61,595 bases of DNA, filler included, from Candidatus Omnitrophota bacterium (GCA_043812495.1; 5 parts of 5 records of this genome joined end to end with filler, not necessarily neighbours in it), one strand, 5' to 3'. Counted from the first letter of the whole stretch, positions 37,958 to 53,296 are shown. The notes: generated by a model from the letters alone, not told the origin. Translations and numbers: made by a program.

Positions 37958-38158
37958 TCAAGATTTTTCCTGATTTAATGAAATAATGACCTTGGCCTGC
38001 TTGGCCCCTTCCATTCCAAATAAACCCTTTTGCTCTTCACAAACCACTTTTACGGAGACTTTGTCTCTTGTGGTTTTTAATACGCTTAAACCTTTTTGAA
38101 TAGCCTCTTCGACGGTGCTTCCTTCTGACTCAACTCTTGTTTGTCTTTGCTTGGCCAT
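37958..38158 (-). CDS. Stand-alone Jag N-terminal domain protein
   Basis: EGSTVEEAIQKGL..L......V.V..E..KGLFG....AKV; located downstream of yidC. Confidence 0.8.
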   Translation of the reverse strand: MAKQRQTRVESEGSTVEEAIQKGLSVLKTTRDKVSVKVVCEEQKGLFGMEGAKQAKVIISLNQEKS

Positions 38159-39762
38159 TATTTCATCACCGTTATTTTGGACATTTTTATTTGCGTGGCA
38201 ATTGAGAATAAATAAAATGTCGTAAAATATAGTGCTAATCCACTGGAAAATTTATAAAATATCATTCCTATAAATAATGGCAAAAAGACCTGCATCATGC
38301 GTTGCTGAGCCGCTTGATTAGGATCTGTAACAACCATATTCTTTGACGTTAGTTTTTGCTGTATAAACATAAGTGCCATTATTATTATAGGCAAAATATT
38401 AAAATATTCAACATTTCCTATTGGAAATTTAAAAGGCAGCTTAAAAAGATGGTCTGGCCTTGATAGGTCTGTGATCCACAAAAAGTTTGCCCCCTTGAGA
38501 CTCACATTTCTCCACATGGCTTGATATACGGAAATAAAGATGGGCATTTGTAGAATCATCGGCAAGCACCCGCCGAGAGGATTGACGCCGTGCTCTTTAT
38601 AAAGAACCATCATTTCCTTGTTTAGTCTTTGTGGATTATTCTTGTATTGTTCGCGCAGTTTTGCCATTTCCGGCTGAATGAGTTGCATTTTCTTCATTGA
38701 TTTCATAGAACTCAATGTCAAAGGATATAGAGCTCCGTTCACAAGAAGTCCGATCAAGATAACACAAACACCCCAATTTGGAATGAAGCCGTGCACGAAA
38801 TTCATGGCTCTCACAACCGACTTCCCGATAAAATCAAGAGCTGAAAACTTGCTAAAAACAAATATTTCTTCAAACCCTTTATTATAGCTTTTTAGTCGAT
38901 TAGTATCTTGCGGACCCACATAGGAGATGAGCCTGAATATCGCTTTTTCTTTTGGGTGAAGGTCAATTTTCTGTCCCTGACTCATGATATTTATGCTTTT
39001 TTCTCCGGTGACAAAAGTAGTGAGACCGGTTGTTGTGTATTCTGGCTTTATCACTATACAAAAATAGCGATCCCTGAAGCCCACCCAATCAACAAATCCC
39101 TGTCTTTGCAAGTTATCCTTTGGTGAAAACTTATACGCATTTCCTTTTCTCTCGATCATATGGTTGATGGAGTAGGAGTATTCAAACAAATTATAATCAC
39201 GCGGCGAATCTAGCTTTCCGTCTAATTCGCTTGTATCGAGAGAGAAATTTATCAAAGAGAATTCCTTTGAAATCGTCTGGTTTGAAATATTCTCGATAAC
39301 TATTTCGGTCTTGATTGTATCGTCATTGCTTGAGATGTCGTATGTTTTTTGAATTGCAACTTCGTTATCCCTAAATTCATAAGCGGCGATTTCGTTATCC
39401 GCATCCTTTAAATCGAAGTCAAGAGAGCTGTATCCTACAATATTAAACAATCCTTTGACCGGCATTACAAGGGAATGCTGGTTGATTTCAATGGATTTAA
39501 TGGATCCTCCGATATTTGTTAAATATATCTTAACCTCTTTGTTTTCAATTGTTTGCACATCTTCCGAAATTGTTTTCTCTTCTAATTTTTCCCTGATTTT
39601 GTCCGGTGTTGCAAAATTTGGTTGTATAGATTGTTCGGAATCTTTCCGAACTAAATAATCCTCTTTAACAGAATAGACCGGCCCGGATTTCTTCGCTGGA
39701 AAATTAAACGCTATTAATACTAATAGTGTTAATGTTATGGCTATTAATGTTTTTTGTTCCAT
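38158..39762 (-). CDS. yidC: Membrane protein insertase YidC
   Basis: NWGV.VI, NPLGGCLP...QMPIF, FLWI.DLS.PD. Confidence 0.95.
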   Translation of the reverse strand: MEQKTLIAITLTLLVLIAFNFPAKKSGPVYSVKEDYLVRKDSEQSIQPNFATPDKIREKLEEKTISEDVQTIENKEVKIYLTNIGGSIKSIEINQHSLVMPVKGLFNIVGYSSLDFDLKDADNEIAAYEFRDNEVAIQKTYDISSNDDTIKTEIVIENISNQTISKEFSLINFSLDTSELDGKLDSPRDYNLFEYSYSINHMIERKGNAYKFSPKDNLQRQGFVDWVGFRDRYFCIVIKPEYTTTGLTTFVTGEKSINIMSQGQKIDLHPKEKAIFRLISYVGPQDTNRLKSYNKGFEEIFVFSKFSALDFIGKSVVRAMNFVHGFIPNWGVCVILIGLLVNGALYPLTLSSMKSMKKMQLIQPEMAKLREQYKNNPQRLNKEMMVLYKEHGVNPLGGCLPMILQMPIFISVYQAMWRNVSLKGANFLWITDLSRPDHLFKLPFKFPIGNVEYFNILPIIIMALMFIQQKLTSKNMVVTDPNQAAQQRMMQVFLPLFIGMIFYKFSSGLALYFTTFYLFSIATQIKMSKITVMK

Positions 39763-39765
39763 AGT

Positions 39766-39981
39766 CTATTTTACCGGATCGTATCCTCCCTTAGAAAAAG
39801 GAGAGCAACGTGCGATTCGCCATAGGGATTTTAAGGAGCCCCTCAGAGGGCCATGCTGATGGAGTGCGTCTATGGCATAGTCGGAGCACGAGGGAGCAAA
39901 CCGGCAGGAGGGTGAGAAAATGCTGCGGCTGACTTTTTGATAAAGCCGAATTAAACAAGTCATGAGGTTGGTCATCGTCAA
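39766..39981 (-). CDS. yidD: Membrane protein insertion efficiency factor
   Basis: CRFAPSCSDYA..A...HG...G......RI.RC.PF..GGYDPV. Confidence 0.93.
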   Translation of the reverse strand: MTMTNLMTCLIRLYQKVSRSIFSPSCRFAPSCSDYAIDALHQHGPLRGSLKSLWRIARCSPFSKGGYDPVK

Positions 39982-40005
39982 TTCTTTGATTATGTCGTAA
40001 AGGCC

Positions 40006-40146
40006 TTAGATGGTAACGAGCCGCTTACGGCCTTTTGCGCGTCGTCTCTTTAAGACATCGCGTCCGGAAGAAGTTTTCGTTTTTCGACGGAAACCATGAC
40101 GTTTTTTGCCCTTGAGGATCGTCGGTGTTTTTAAATGTTTCTTCAT
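40006..40146 (-). CDS. rpmH: 50S ribosomal protein L34 (not in ORF track)
   Basis: MKKHLKTPTILKGKKRHGFRRKTKTSSGRDVLKRRRAKGRKRLVTI*. Confidence 0.93.
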   Translation of the reverse strand: MKKHLKTPTILKGKKRHGFRRKTKTSSGRDVLKRRRAKGRKRLVTI

Positions 40147-40155
40147 GGCTGGTCA

Positions 40156-40183
40156 ATTATAGCATAGGGTCTTTTGAAGTCAA
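40156..40183 (-). promoter_or_regulatory. rpmH promoter
   Basis: TTGACT-16-TATAAT with an extended TG. Confidence 0.65.
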
Positions 40184-40588
40184 GTCTTTTCGTTTTTGAA
40201 GACGTTGGAAATTCATCCTTCGGGCCTGTTGTGACAAAAAATAAGAAACAAAAATTATTTCATTGAAAAATAGAAAAGGACTGTTATAATGCCTGGCGAA
40301 GAGAGTGGGTTTATTTTTGTTCTTTTGGTGAAAAGGAATAAAATGATTTCTGTTCTCGTCGGAAAAAATGCAATCGCTCGACGCCGATTCTGATTCTTGT
40401 TTGGGATTATGCCGTTTCGCTGGTCGGGCGAACCATTGCACGAAGCCTATTTTTGGACGCGAGCCTCCTAATTTTTCGCTATTGGCCAAAATACATTCTG
40501 TAATGCTTGACTATTGGATAAATAAAGAGGGCAAAGACAACACCTTAGGATAATTACATATCTAATTGATATATATGTGTTTAGCTGA

Positions 40589-40608
40589 TGTGGATAAGTT
40601 GTGGATTC
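40589..40608. promoter_or_regulatory. DnaA boxes upstream of dnaA
   Basis: TGTGGATAA (perfect) followed by TGTGGATTC. Confidence 0.8.
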
Positions 40609-40661
40609 TGTTAATCGCGCCCCCTAAAACACCTTAACTGTCTCTTAATTTATTAATTTCT

Positions 40662-41996
40662 ATGGATCTTATAGCGGCCTGGAAAGACATTCAAAGCTCC
40701 TTGCGGGAAAAAGTCGGGGTAACAACATACGAAACCTGGTTTTCGTCTCTTAGCGCCAAGGAAAAGAATCCTTCGACGCTTATTATCGGCGCGCCTGACG
40801 AGTTTTTTAAAAATTGGATAATCGAACATTACGGCCGAGTCATCAAGGAATCCTTCGACGGAATTTCTTCAAAAAACATCACAATTGAATTTGAAGTAAA
40901 TCCTCAAATATTAAAGAAGGGCACGCAAAGTCGGTTGACGCAACTCGAGAAAGGGTTTCAAACCCCGGATCCTCAACAAGCCAGTTTAAATCCGCGTTTT
41001 CATTTTGATAGCTTTGTAATCGGATCGTCCAATCGCTTTGCCTATGCGGCTTGCTTGGCTGTGGCTGAATCCCCGGCCAAGGCCTATAACCCCCTTTTTA
41101 TCTATGGTGGGGTGGGCTTGGGTAAAACACACCTCATGCAGGCCATTACCCATAAGATCAAAGAGATTAACCCAAAATCCAAGCATTGCTATATGACATC
41201 CGAGCGCTTTACCAATGAGCTGATCGATGCCATACGCCATCGTGCGACAGCTAGTTTTCGCCAAAAATATCGAAATATGGACGTTCTTTTAATTGACGAC
41301 ATTCATTTTATTGCCGGCAAAGAATCAACTCAAGAAGAGTTCTTTCATACCTTTAATACCCTGCACGATAACCACAAGCAGATCATTATTGCGTCGGATC
41401 GGCCGCCCAAGGCTATCGCCAACCTCGAAGAAAGGCTGACCTCGCGCTTTACCTGGGGGCTTATCACCGATATCCAGCCTCCGGATTTTGAAACACGCGC
41501 GGCCATTTTAAGAAAAAAGATTGAGCGCGAGCCTGTTCAGGTCCCTGATGATGTTATTGTTTTTATTGCCCAGGAGATTAAAACCAACATCCGCGAGCTG
41601 GAGGGAGCGCTGATCCGGGTTGCGGCCTATTCGCTTTTGGAGGAAAAAACCATTACTTTGGACATGGCCAAGCTCGTTTTAAAGGATATGGTCATGGAAA
41701 CCTCAAAAATTATCAGCATTGATATGATTCAAAAGGCCGTGGCCAACCATTTTAACGTTGCGCTTTCGGATCTCCGATCAAAAAGAAGGAACAAGAATAT
41801 TGTTCTTCCGAGACAAGTCGCTATGTATTTGTCGCGTCAGTTGACTAATTTTTCTTTTCCTGAGATCGGCGGGGCTTTTGGAGGAAAAGACCACACCACG
41901 GTTTTGCATTCCTGCAAGAAAATCGATAAAGAAATGTCCAATGATAAAAAAATGAGAGACCTGCTCGAGCAACTATCAACAGAAATTAAAAGATAA
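40662..41996 (+). CDS. dnaA: Chromosomal replication initiator DnaA
   Basis: YNPLFIYGGVGLGKTHL, QEEFFHTFN, GGKDHTTVLH. Confidence 0.98.
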   Translation: MDLIAAWKDIQSSLREKVGVTTYETWFSSLSAKEKNPSTLIIGAPDEFFKNWIIEHYGRVIKESFDGISSKNITIEFEVNPQILKKGTQSRLTQLEKGFQTPDPQQASLNPRFHFDSFVIGSSNRFAYAACLAVAESPAKAYNPLFIYGGVGLGKTHLMQAITHKIKEINPKSKHCYMTSERFTNELIDAIRHRATASFRQKYRNMDVLLIDDIHFIAGKESTQEEFFHTFNTLHDNHKQIIIASDRPPKAIANLEERLTSRFTWGLITDIQPPDFETRAAILRKKIEREPVQVPDDVIVFIAQEIKTNIRELEGALIRVAAYSLLEEKTITLDMAKLVLKDMVMETSKIISIDMIQKAVANHFNVALSDLRSKRRNKNIVLPRQVAMYLSRQLTNFSFPEIGGAFGGKDHTTVLHSCKKIDKEMSNDKKMRDLLEQLSTEIKR

Positions 41997-41999
41997 CGA

Positions 42000-42130
42000 G
42001 AAGCTGCTAACGGTTAATTAACATTGAATTTTTCCACAACCACATCAACTGGAATAAGTTTTGTTGCTATTATAGTTATTCACAGCGCATACTAATACTA
42101 CGACTATTTATATACTATTAATATAGAATC
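42000..42130. promoter_or_regulatory. oriC unwinding region
   Basis: TTTTCCACA, TTATTCACA (42076-42084), GCGC, then ATACTAATACTACGACTA DnaA-trio-like run and an AT-rich tract. Confidence 0.75.
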
Positions 42131-42164
42131 AAAGAATCTAAAAACCTTTGGAGGTTAATAAAAC

Positions 42165-43253
42165 ATGAAAGTTACGCTTACAAAAGACGATTTGTTGATG
42201 GGTATTCAGGCGACCCAAAACATTGTTTCATCAAAATCAACACTCCCGATCCTTTCCAACATACTTTTAGAAACAAAAAGCGACAAACTTAGAATGAACT
42301 CGACCGATTTAGATATCGGTATTTCTTGTGAAATACCTGTGAATGTTCTTGAAGAAGGAGCGATTACGCTTCCGGCCAAACGATTTAGTGATATCGTTCG
42401 AGAATTGCCGTCCGGCGAAATCATGATCCACGTGAGAAAGAACCATCAAGTGGACATTGAAGGGGATAAAATTCATTTCAAACTTATCGGCTTACCAAAA
42501 GAAGAATTTCCGAAATTTCCTGAGTTTAAAGACATTGAAGTCATTCAGATTGGACAACAAGATCTTAAAGAAATGTTTCGCATGACAGTTTTCGCTGTTT
42601 CCCATGAAGAAACGAGATATATTCTAAATGGAATACTGATTGAAATTAACGGAAACACGATGCGGGCCATAGCAACGGACGGACGGCGCTTGGCCAAAAT
42701 TGAAAAAAATTTGCCAAAACCAACAAAAAAAGAAATTTCAATCATTTTACCCATCAAAGCCGTTCAGGAAATCAACCGCAATCTCAAAGATGAAGGGCAG
42801 TTATCTTTCATGGCAGGGACCAATCAAGTTTTGTTTGATATTGGCGGTGTTTTGATCGCCACCAGAATCATTGAAGGCGAGTTTCCTAATTACAACCAAG
42901 TTGTCCCCAAAGAAAGCAAAACAAAAATCAAAGTGAGCACCCAAGAACTTTTGTCGGCAATTCGAAGAGCCAACCTTTTGTCCACGCCAGATTTCCAAGC
43001 CATTAAATTTGAGGTATTTACGAATAAGCTCGTGATTTCTAAATCAACACCGGATATTGGCGAATCGACCGAAGAAATTACTATCGAAAACAACGGACAA
43101 GAGCTTATTGTAGGCTTCAATCCGCAATTTTTAATAGATGTTCTTAAGAATATCGAAAACGAAACCATTGAGTTAGAGCTTTTGGGCTCAGACAAACCTT
43201 GCGTGATTAGAATGGCGAACTATGTATATTTGGCTCTACCTATGAGAATATAA
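42165..43253 (+). CDS. dnaN: DNA polymerase III beta clamp
   Basis: LPILSNILL, ATDGRRLA, GEFPNY, LPMRI. Confidence 0.97.
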   Translation: MKVTLTKDDLLMGIQATQNIVSSKSTLPILSNILLETKSDKLRMNSTDLDIGISCEIPVNVLEEGAITLPAKRFSDIVRELPSGEIMIHVRKNHQVDIEGDKIHFKLIGLPKEEFPKFPEFKDIEVIQIGQQDLKEMFRMTVFAVSHEETRYILNGILIEINGNTMRAIATDGRRLAKIEKNLPKPTKKEISIILPIKAVQEINRNLKDEGQLSFMAGTNQVLFDIGGVLIATRIIEGEFPNYNQVVPKESKTKIKVSTQELLSAIRRANLLSTPDFQAIKFEVFTNKLVISKSTPDIGESTEEITIENNGQELIVGFNPQFLIDVLKNIENETIELELLGSDKPCVIRMANYVYLALPMRI

Positions 43254-43273
43254 TTCTATAATTTTGGGGGCCA

Positions 43274-46071
<2,798 letters not shown>

Positions 46072-46101
46072 GTCAACAACAACGAAAGAGGTCATATTTT
46101 C

Positions 46102-48552
<2,451 letters not shown>

Positions 48553-48617
48553 AAAACAAATTTTCTTTACGAAAATAAATTTTTAAGTATAATAAAAAAA
48601 CTTATTTGCAACCTTTC

Positions 48618-48700
48618 GACCCCATCGTCTAGCCTGGTCAGGACACCCCGCCTGTTCCGCCATAGGCGGAACAAGACGGCGGGGCAAGCGGGTTCAAATC
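48618..48700 (+). pseudogene. tRNA-Glu-like fragment with anticodon arm replaced by a palindrome
   Basis: GACCCCATCGTCTAGCCTGGTCAGGACACC-[CCGCCTGTTCCGCC..GGCGGAACA..GGCGG]-GCGGGTTCAAATC; no 3' acceptor strand; TATAAT upstream. Confidence 0.7.
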
Positions 48701-48708
48701 TTTGAAAT

Positions 48709-48757
48709 ATGTTTTATGTGTATATCTTAGAAAGCCTAAAAGATGGCAGGCATTATA
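48709..48757 (+). CDS. Start of a small GIY-YIG nuclease (cut by contig end)
   Basis: MFYVYILESLKDGRHY, the same N-terminal pattern as the other three. Confidence 0.75.
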
Positions 48758-48857
48758 NNNNNNNNNNNNNNNNNNNNNNNNNNNNNNNNNNNNNNNNNNN
48801 NTTAATTAATTAANNNNNNNNNNNNNNNNNNNNNNNNNNNNNNNNNNNNNNNNNNNN
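48758..48857. other. Artificial contig linker
   Basis: N-run with TTAATTAATTAA. Confidence 0.98.
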
Positions 48858-49079
48858 GGACAATGTAAAGAAGCTGTCGCGTCTCTTATCATCATCGACT
48901 CTACTTGCTTGTTATCAAAGAACCCTAAAGCGGCTGAAATCCTCAAGATTAAATCACAAAGGTTTAAAGAACGGCTCAAAAATTAACAAAGTCCTGAAAA
49001 TAATAAAAAGGGAAACTTTTTTATGTTTTTTTATTTAGAAATGCTAAATCTGGACTTTCGCTTTAACCAATTCTATCCG

Positions 49080-49550
49080 TTATCTTCTTGAGATAGCAGT
49101 CGCGATATTGACGGGGGCCTGGCATCGAATAGGGTTGCTTCCTGGGCATGAACTTTCCTCAAATTGACAATGATCTTCTCCTTGCGTACATGTACAATCC
49201 TCTCCCCAAACCCTTCCTCTTGTCTCCCAGCAAACAAGAACATTGACATCCTTCAGCTGACCAGAAATCACATCTTTCACTTCAATGCGATAAGCGCCTC
49301 TAAGCCCATTGGCTTCGCGTGTTAACTGTTCTGTGGCATCCGTTTGGATAGAATCAAAATTACTGGATTGTTGGGTAAATTTTTCTTCCAGTTGAGCGCG
49401 GGCAATATTCATGGCAACGGTAAAGCTTTCATTGTAGGAATCAAGAGCCATGGAATGAATAATAGTCACTAAAACTCCCGTAATCACAAGGATACCAACC
49501 GCTGCCGTAATCAATAATTCTGTCAAAGAAAAAGATCGATTATTTCTCAT
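49080..49550 (-). CDS. Type IV minor pilin/pseudopilin
   Basis: MRNNRS-FSLTELLI prepilin motif followed by a hydrophobic helix. Confidence 0.85.
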   Translation of the reverse strand: MRNNRSFSLTELLITAAVGILVITGVLVTIIHSMALDSYNESFTVAMNIARAQLEEKFTQQSSNFDSIQTDATEQLTREANGLRGAYRIEVKDVISGQLKDVNVLVCWETRGRVWGEDCTCTQGEDHCQFEESSCPGSNPIRCQAPVNIATAISRR

Positions 49551-49594
49551 ATCACCCTTCTTTCCTTAATAGATAATAGTAAGTCAACAAAACT

Positions 49595-50809
49595 TTATTT
49601 AACACCTATCATCGTCGACATCTTAATGATCGGCAAAAACAAAGCGATGACAATACCCCCGACAATGATTCCCAAAAATCCAATAATAAGAGGTTCAATC
49701 ATGCTGGTGAGTCCGGATACGGCTGCGTCCACTTGATCATCATAGAAATCAGCCACTTTCCCCAGCATCTTTTCCATTTCACCGGTCTGTTCACCGACCG
49801 CAATCATACGAGTAACCATGGGTGGAAAAACACCGCTTTTAACAAGAGGCGCGGCAATGGTCTCGCCTTCTCGGACATTATTCTTAACATTCGTCACGGC
49901 CATTTCGAGAACGCGATTCCCGCACGTTTTACCGACGATATCAAGCGCGGATAAAATAGGAACACCGCTTTGGGTGAGTGTCGATAAGGTCCGGCAAAAT
50001 CGACTCACGGCTACCTTTCTTAACAAATCCCCAAAGACAGGTAATCTTAATTTCAATCGGTCTGTCAGCAGCCGTCCGAATTCTGTTCGCCTAAATAAAT
50101 TGAAACCAATGATCGATAAGATAACAACACCAACGACCCACAAAAATTTCTCCCTCAACGCATCACTAACGTTGATCAAAAGCTGAGTCGGTCCGGGTAA
50201 TGTACCGCCCAAAGATTCAAATATGGCTTTAAAAGTCGGAACAACTTTGATCAGTAAGGCTAAAGTGATTGCAAAAGCCATCGTGATAACAACGCTGGGA
50301 TAAACCATGGCTGATTTTACTTTTCTCTGTAATTTCAGAGACTTTTCCATATAGCCAGCTACGCGATCTAAAATGACATTAAGCGCACCGCCTGTTTCGC
50401 CTGCCTTCACCATGCTGACAAAAAGAGTATCGAAAACCTGCGGATGCTTGGCCATGGAAGCCGAAAGACTGCTCCCTATTTCTATGTCATCTCGGACAGC
50501 CGCAATGATCGTCTTGAATGCGGGTTGGGACATCTGCTCCTGAAGAGCATCTAAACCTTGCAAAAGAGGAATGCCCGCGTCAACCATGGTAGAAAGTTGA
50601 CGGGAAAAGATAACGATATCGTCGGGTTTGACGCGCTTACCGCCAAAGGACATGCCCGATAAAGTTGATTCTTTGGACTCTTTAATCGATATGATAACAA
50701 GCTTTCTTTTTCTTAATTCCTCAATAACAGCAGCCTGATTATCCGCGATAATTTTTCCAGTCACTGTTTTTGCGTTAGCATCTTTGGCCGTATACTTAAA
50801 GGTGGCCAT
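49595..50809 (-). CDS. pilC: Type IV pilus platform protein
   Basis: FSRQLSTMVDAGIPL, AGETGG.L, MIAVGEQTG. Confidence 0.93.
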   Translation of the reverse strand: MATFKYTAKDANAKTVTGKIIADNQAAVIEELRKRKLVIISIKESKESTLSGMSFGGKRVKPDDIVIFSRQLSTMVDAGIPLLQGLDALQEQMSQPAFKTIIAAVRDDIEIGSSLSASMAKHPQVFDTLFVSMVKAGETGGALNVILDRVAGYMEKSLKLQRKVKSAMVYPSVVITMAFAITLALLIKVVPTFKAIFESLGGTLPGPTQLLINVSDALREKFLWVVGVVILSIIGFNLFRRTEFGRLLTDRLKLRLPVFGDLLRKVAVSRFCRTLSTLTQSGVPILSALDIVGKTCGNRVLEMAVTNVKNNVREGETIAAPLVKSGVFPPMVTRMIAVGEQTGEMEKMLGKVADFYDDQVDAAVSGLTSMIEPLIIGFLGIIVGGIVIALFLPIIKMSTMIGVK

Positions 50810-50812
50810 TGT

Positions 50813-51274
50813 TTATTTCTCCTGTTTATATTTTAACGCGATGGCTTCGTCAATTTCTTCTTTGGTAGCAATGAATGTGGCGATCTTACAGTTTGTCATT
50901 TGCTCCAATTCTTCAATCATCGCTTGATTCAAAGGATTGGCCATCACAACGCTCAAGACATCTCCCACGCGATCGAGGGCTATCACATGATGTTTGCGGG
51001 CTAACTCCTCGGGAAACAATTTAACCACTTTAGAATCAATTTCATATTTGCTAACGGCAATATAGGGAAAACCGCATTGAACAATGAGGGCCACAACAAT
51101 GTCTCGCTCTGAGATATATCCGAGCCGAACGAGAATTTCACCTAAAAAGCCACCTTCTTTTTTCTGAATGCTGAGCGCTTCTTTCAGCTGATCTTGATTA
51201 ATCAAGTTCCTCTTAATGAGAATTTGACCAAGAAGTTGCTTTTTGGATATTACATCTCGTCTAGTAAAAGCCAT
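50813..51274 (-). CDS. Stand-alone MshEN/GSPII_N domain protein
   Basis: LLGQIL....I...QL..AL..Q...GGFLGEIL...G.I; no ATPase domain. Confidence 0.8.
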   Translation of the reverse strand: MAFTRRDVISKKQLLGQILIKRNLINQDQLKEALSIQKKEGGFLGEILVRLGYISERDIVVALIVQCGFPYIAVSKYEIDSKVVKLFPEELARKHHVIALDRVGDVLSVVMANPLNQAMIEELEQMTNCKIATFIATKEEIDEAIALKYKQEK

Positions 51275-51368
51275 AAAATCATCCTGAAATTATTTTTTCA
51301 TCTATTGGTTTTAATAAGAGTTTAGCACAAATTAAAATATTTTGGTAATAATCATTCACAATATTTTC

Positions 51369-51554
51369 AATAAGGCCATGACTTCTGGAGCGAAGCGCCC
51401 GCCAATTTTCATAAAACTTAGCGAGGTCTCGTCAATTCGATAAAATCGAATTGACGGAACATAAGTCATAAGGCCGAATTGACCTCGACACGCGCCGATA
51501 AAATTTCATTGGCGCGGGACGGGGATTAAGCAAATTCAATTATAATATTTCATC
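51369..51554 (+). repeat. AATGAG/CGAATT element, copy F
   Basis: AATAAGGCCATGACTT..AAGTCATAAGGC-CGAATTGA..GGGG-ATTAAGCAAATTCAATTATAATATTTCATC. Confidence 0.85.
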
Positions 51555-51584
51555 ATATCAACTTCAGTTGCAAATCAACAAATT

Positions 51585-53294
51585 TCAGTCCATCGAAGTA
51601 ATGCGTAAGACTTCTTCGAGAGTTGTCAATCCCAAAGAAAACTTTTTCACAGCATCATCCCATAATGTCTCCATGCCCTTTTCTTTAACGGCATAGTCTT
51701 TGATTTCATCGGAGGAGCAACCCTTGACGAGCATATCTCGAATCTTGTCGTCAATCATGAGAATTTCCAAAATACCCATTCTTCCTTTATAGCCGGTCTG
51801 ACTGCAGGTATCACAACCTCTACCATGATAGAACTTCATGCCGGGCTTCACCTCGCAACGGATATCTTCAAGAGCTTTTTTGGGTATCTCAACCGGTTCT
51901 TTACATTTTTCGCATATTTTCCGGCATAACCTCTGGGCGCAAGCCATCAGAAGGCTAGAGGCCACCAAAAAAGGCTCAACACCCATATCCACGAGTCGCG
52001 TTAAAGCGCCTGCGGCATCATTCGTATGCAGTGTGGAAAAAACCATTTGTCCGGTCAAAGAGGCCTTGACAGCGATATCCGCTGTTTCTGAGTCCCGGAT
52101 TTCACCGACCAGAACAATATCGGGGCTTTGCCTTAAAAGCGAACGTAAACCCGCGGCAAAAGTGAGTCCGATCTCCGGCTTGGCTTGAACTTGCGTTAAT
52201 CCTTCCACCAGATATTCCACGGGATCTTCAACGGTCACAATATTGCGGTCAACCGAATTCAATTTATTGATGATGGAATAAAGCGTTGTGGACTTTCCGC
52301 TCCCGGTTGGACCCGTCACAAGAATCATGCCGAACGGTTTGGCAATAGCCTCGTTAAACAATTCGATGGATTCGGGAAAAAATCCCAATCCTTCTAATCC
52401 AATGGATAAGCTTCCTTTATCTAAGATTCTCAAAACCACCTTCTGTCCAAAACTTGTTGGTAACAGAGAAACGCGAAAATCGATCTCGAGAGGACCAACT
52501 CTCATTTTAAAACGTCCATCTTGAGGGATGCGCGTTTCCGTAATATCCAGTCTCGACATGATTTTGATGCGGACGAGGACGGCATTCTGATTAGATTTGG
52601 GAATCTCCAAAACATCATGCAAAACGCCGTCGATGCGATATCTCACCCTCAAGTTTTTGGGTGTGGGTTCAAGGTGAATATCCGAGGCCCGTTTCTTAAT
52701 CGCATCCTTAATCACCAAATCCACCATGCGCACAATAGGCGCCTCTTCTCCTTCTTGAACGCTCACCCCCGCCATGGAGGCATCGGTATCATCATCCACG
52801 ATTTCAAATTCGTCGATGTCCATATTTCTCGACATATTGGCAACGTCCAGGCCGTCTTTTTTTCCATAATAATTTTCGATCGCCAGCATGATTTCCGAAT
52901 CGGTGCTAATCGTGATGTCGATATCTTTGCTGGTGATATTCTTCAAGTCGTCAATGGCAAAAATATTGAACGGGTCCGAAGTGGCGATCGTGATGGTATT
53001 ACCCAGCTCTGATATAGGAATAATGTGATACTGCCGAGCGATTCTCTCGCTGATCATTGCCTGCAAGGCAGGATCAATTTTATATTTGGAAAGATTGATC
53101 GGAGGGATATTGAGTTCCTTGACAAGCAAGATCATCAATTCTTGTTCCGTGATTAATCCTTTCTCAACGAGGGCTTTATCGAGGCTGATTCCTTTTTCTT
53201 TCTGCAGACGGATAGCCGAATCGATTTCTTCCTTTTTAATTTTCTTAATCGAAATGAGAGAATCAATAATTCGTTCGCGTAAAGTTTTTGCCAT
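51585..53294 (-). CDS. pilB: Type IV pilus assembly ATPase (PilB/GspE family)
   Basis: GPTGSGKSTT, LRQSPDIVLVGEIRD, tetracysteine motif. Confidence 0.92.
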   Translation of the reverse strand: MAKTLRERIIDSLISIKKIKKEEIDSAIRLQKEKGISLDKALVEKGLITEQELMILLVKELNIPPINLSKYKIDPALQAMISERIARQYHIIPISELGNTITIATSDPFNIFAIDDLKNITSKDIDITISTDSEIMLAIENYYGKKDGLDVANMSRNMDIDEFEIVDDDTDASMAGVSVQEGEEAPIVRMVDLVIKDAIKKRASDIHLEPTPKNLRVRYRIDGVLHDVLEIPKSNQNAVLVRIKIMSRLDITETRIPQDGRFKMRVGPLEIDFRVSLLPTSFGQKVVLRILDKGSLSIGLEGLGFFPESIELFNEAIAKPFGMILVTGPTGSGKSTTLYSIINKLNSVDRNIVTVEDPVEYLVEGLTQVQAKPEIGLTFAAGLRSLLRQSPDIVLVGEIRDSETADIAVKASLTGQMVFSTLHTNDAAGALTRLVDMGVEPFLVASSLLMACAQRLCRKICEKCKEPVEIPKKALEDIRCEVKPGMKFYHGRGCDTCSQTGYKGRMGILEILMIDDKIRDMLVKGCSSDEIKDYAVKEKGMETLWDDAVKKFSLGLTTLEEVLRITSMD

Positions 53295-53296
53295 TT

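Noticed and set aside
48858..48986. 42-codon ORF tail at contig start
   Set aside because: Too short to assign a product.
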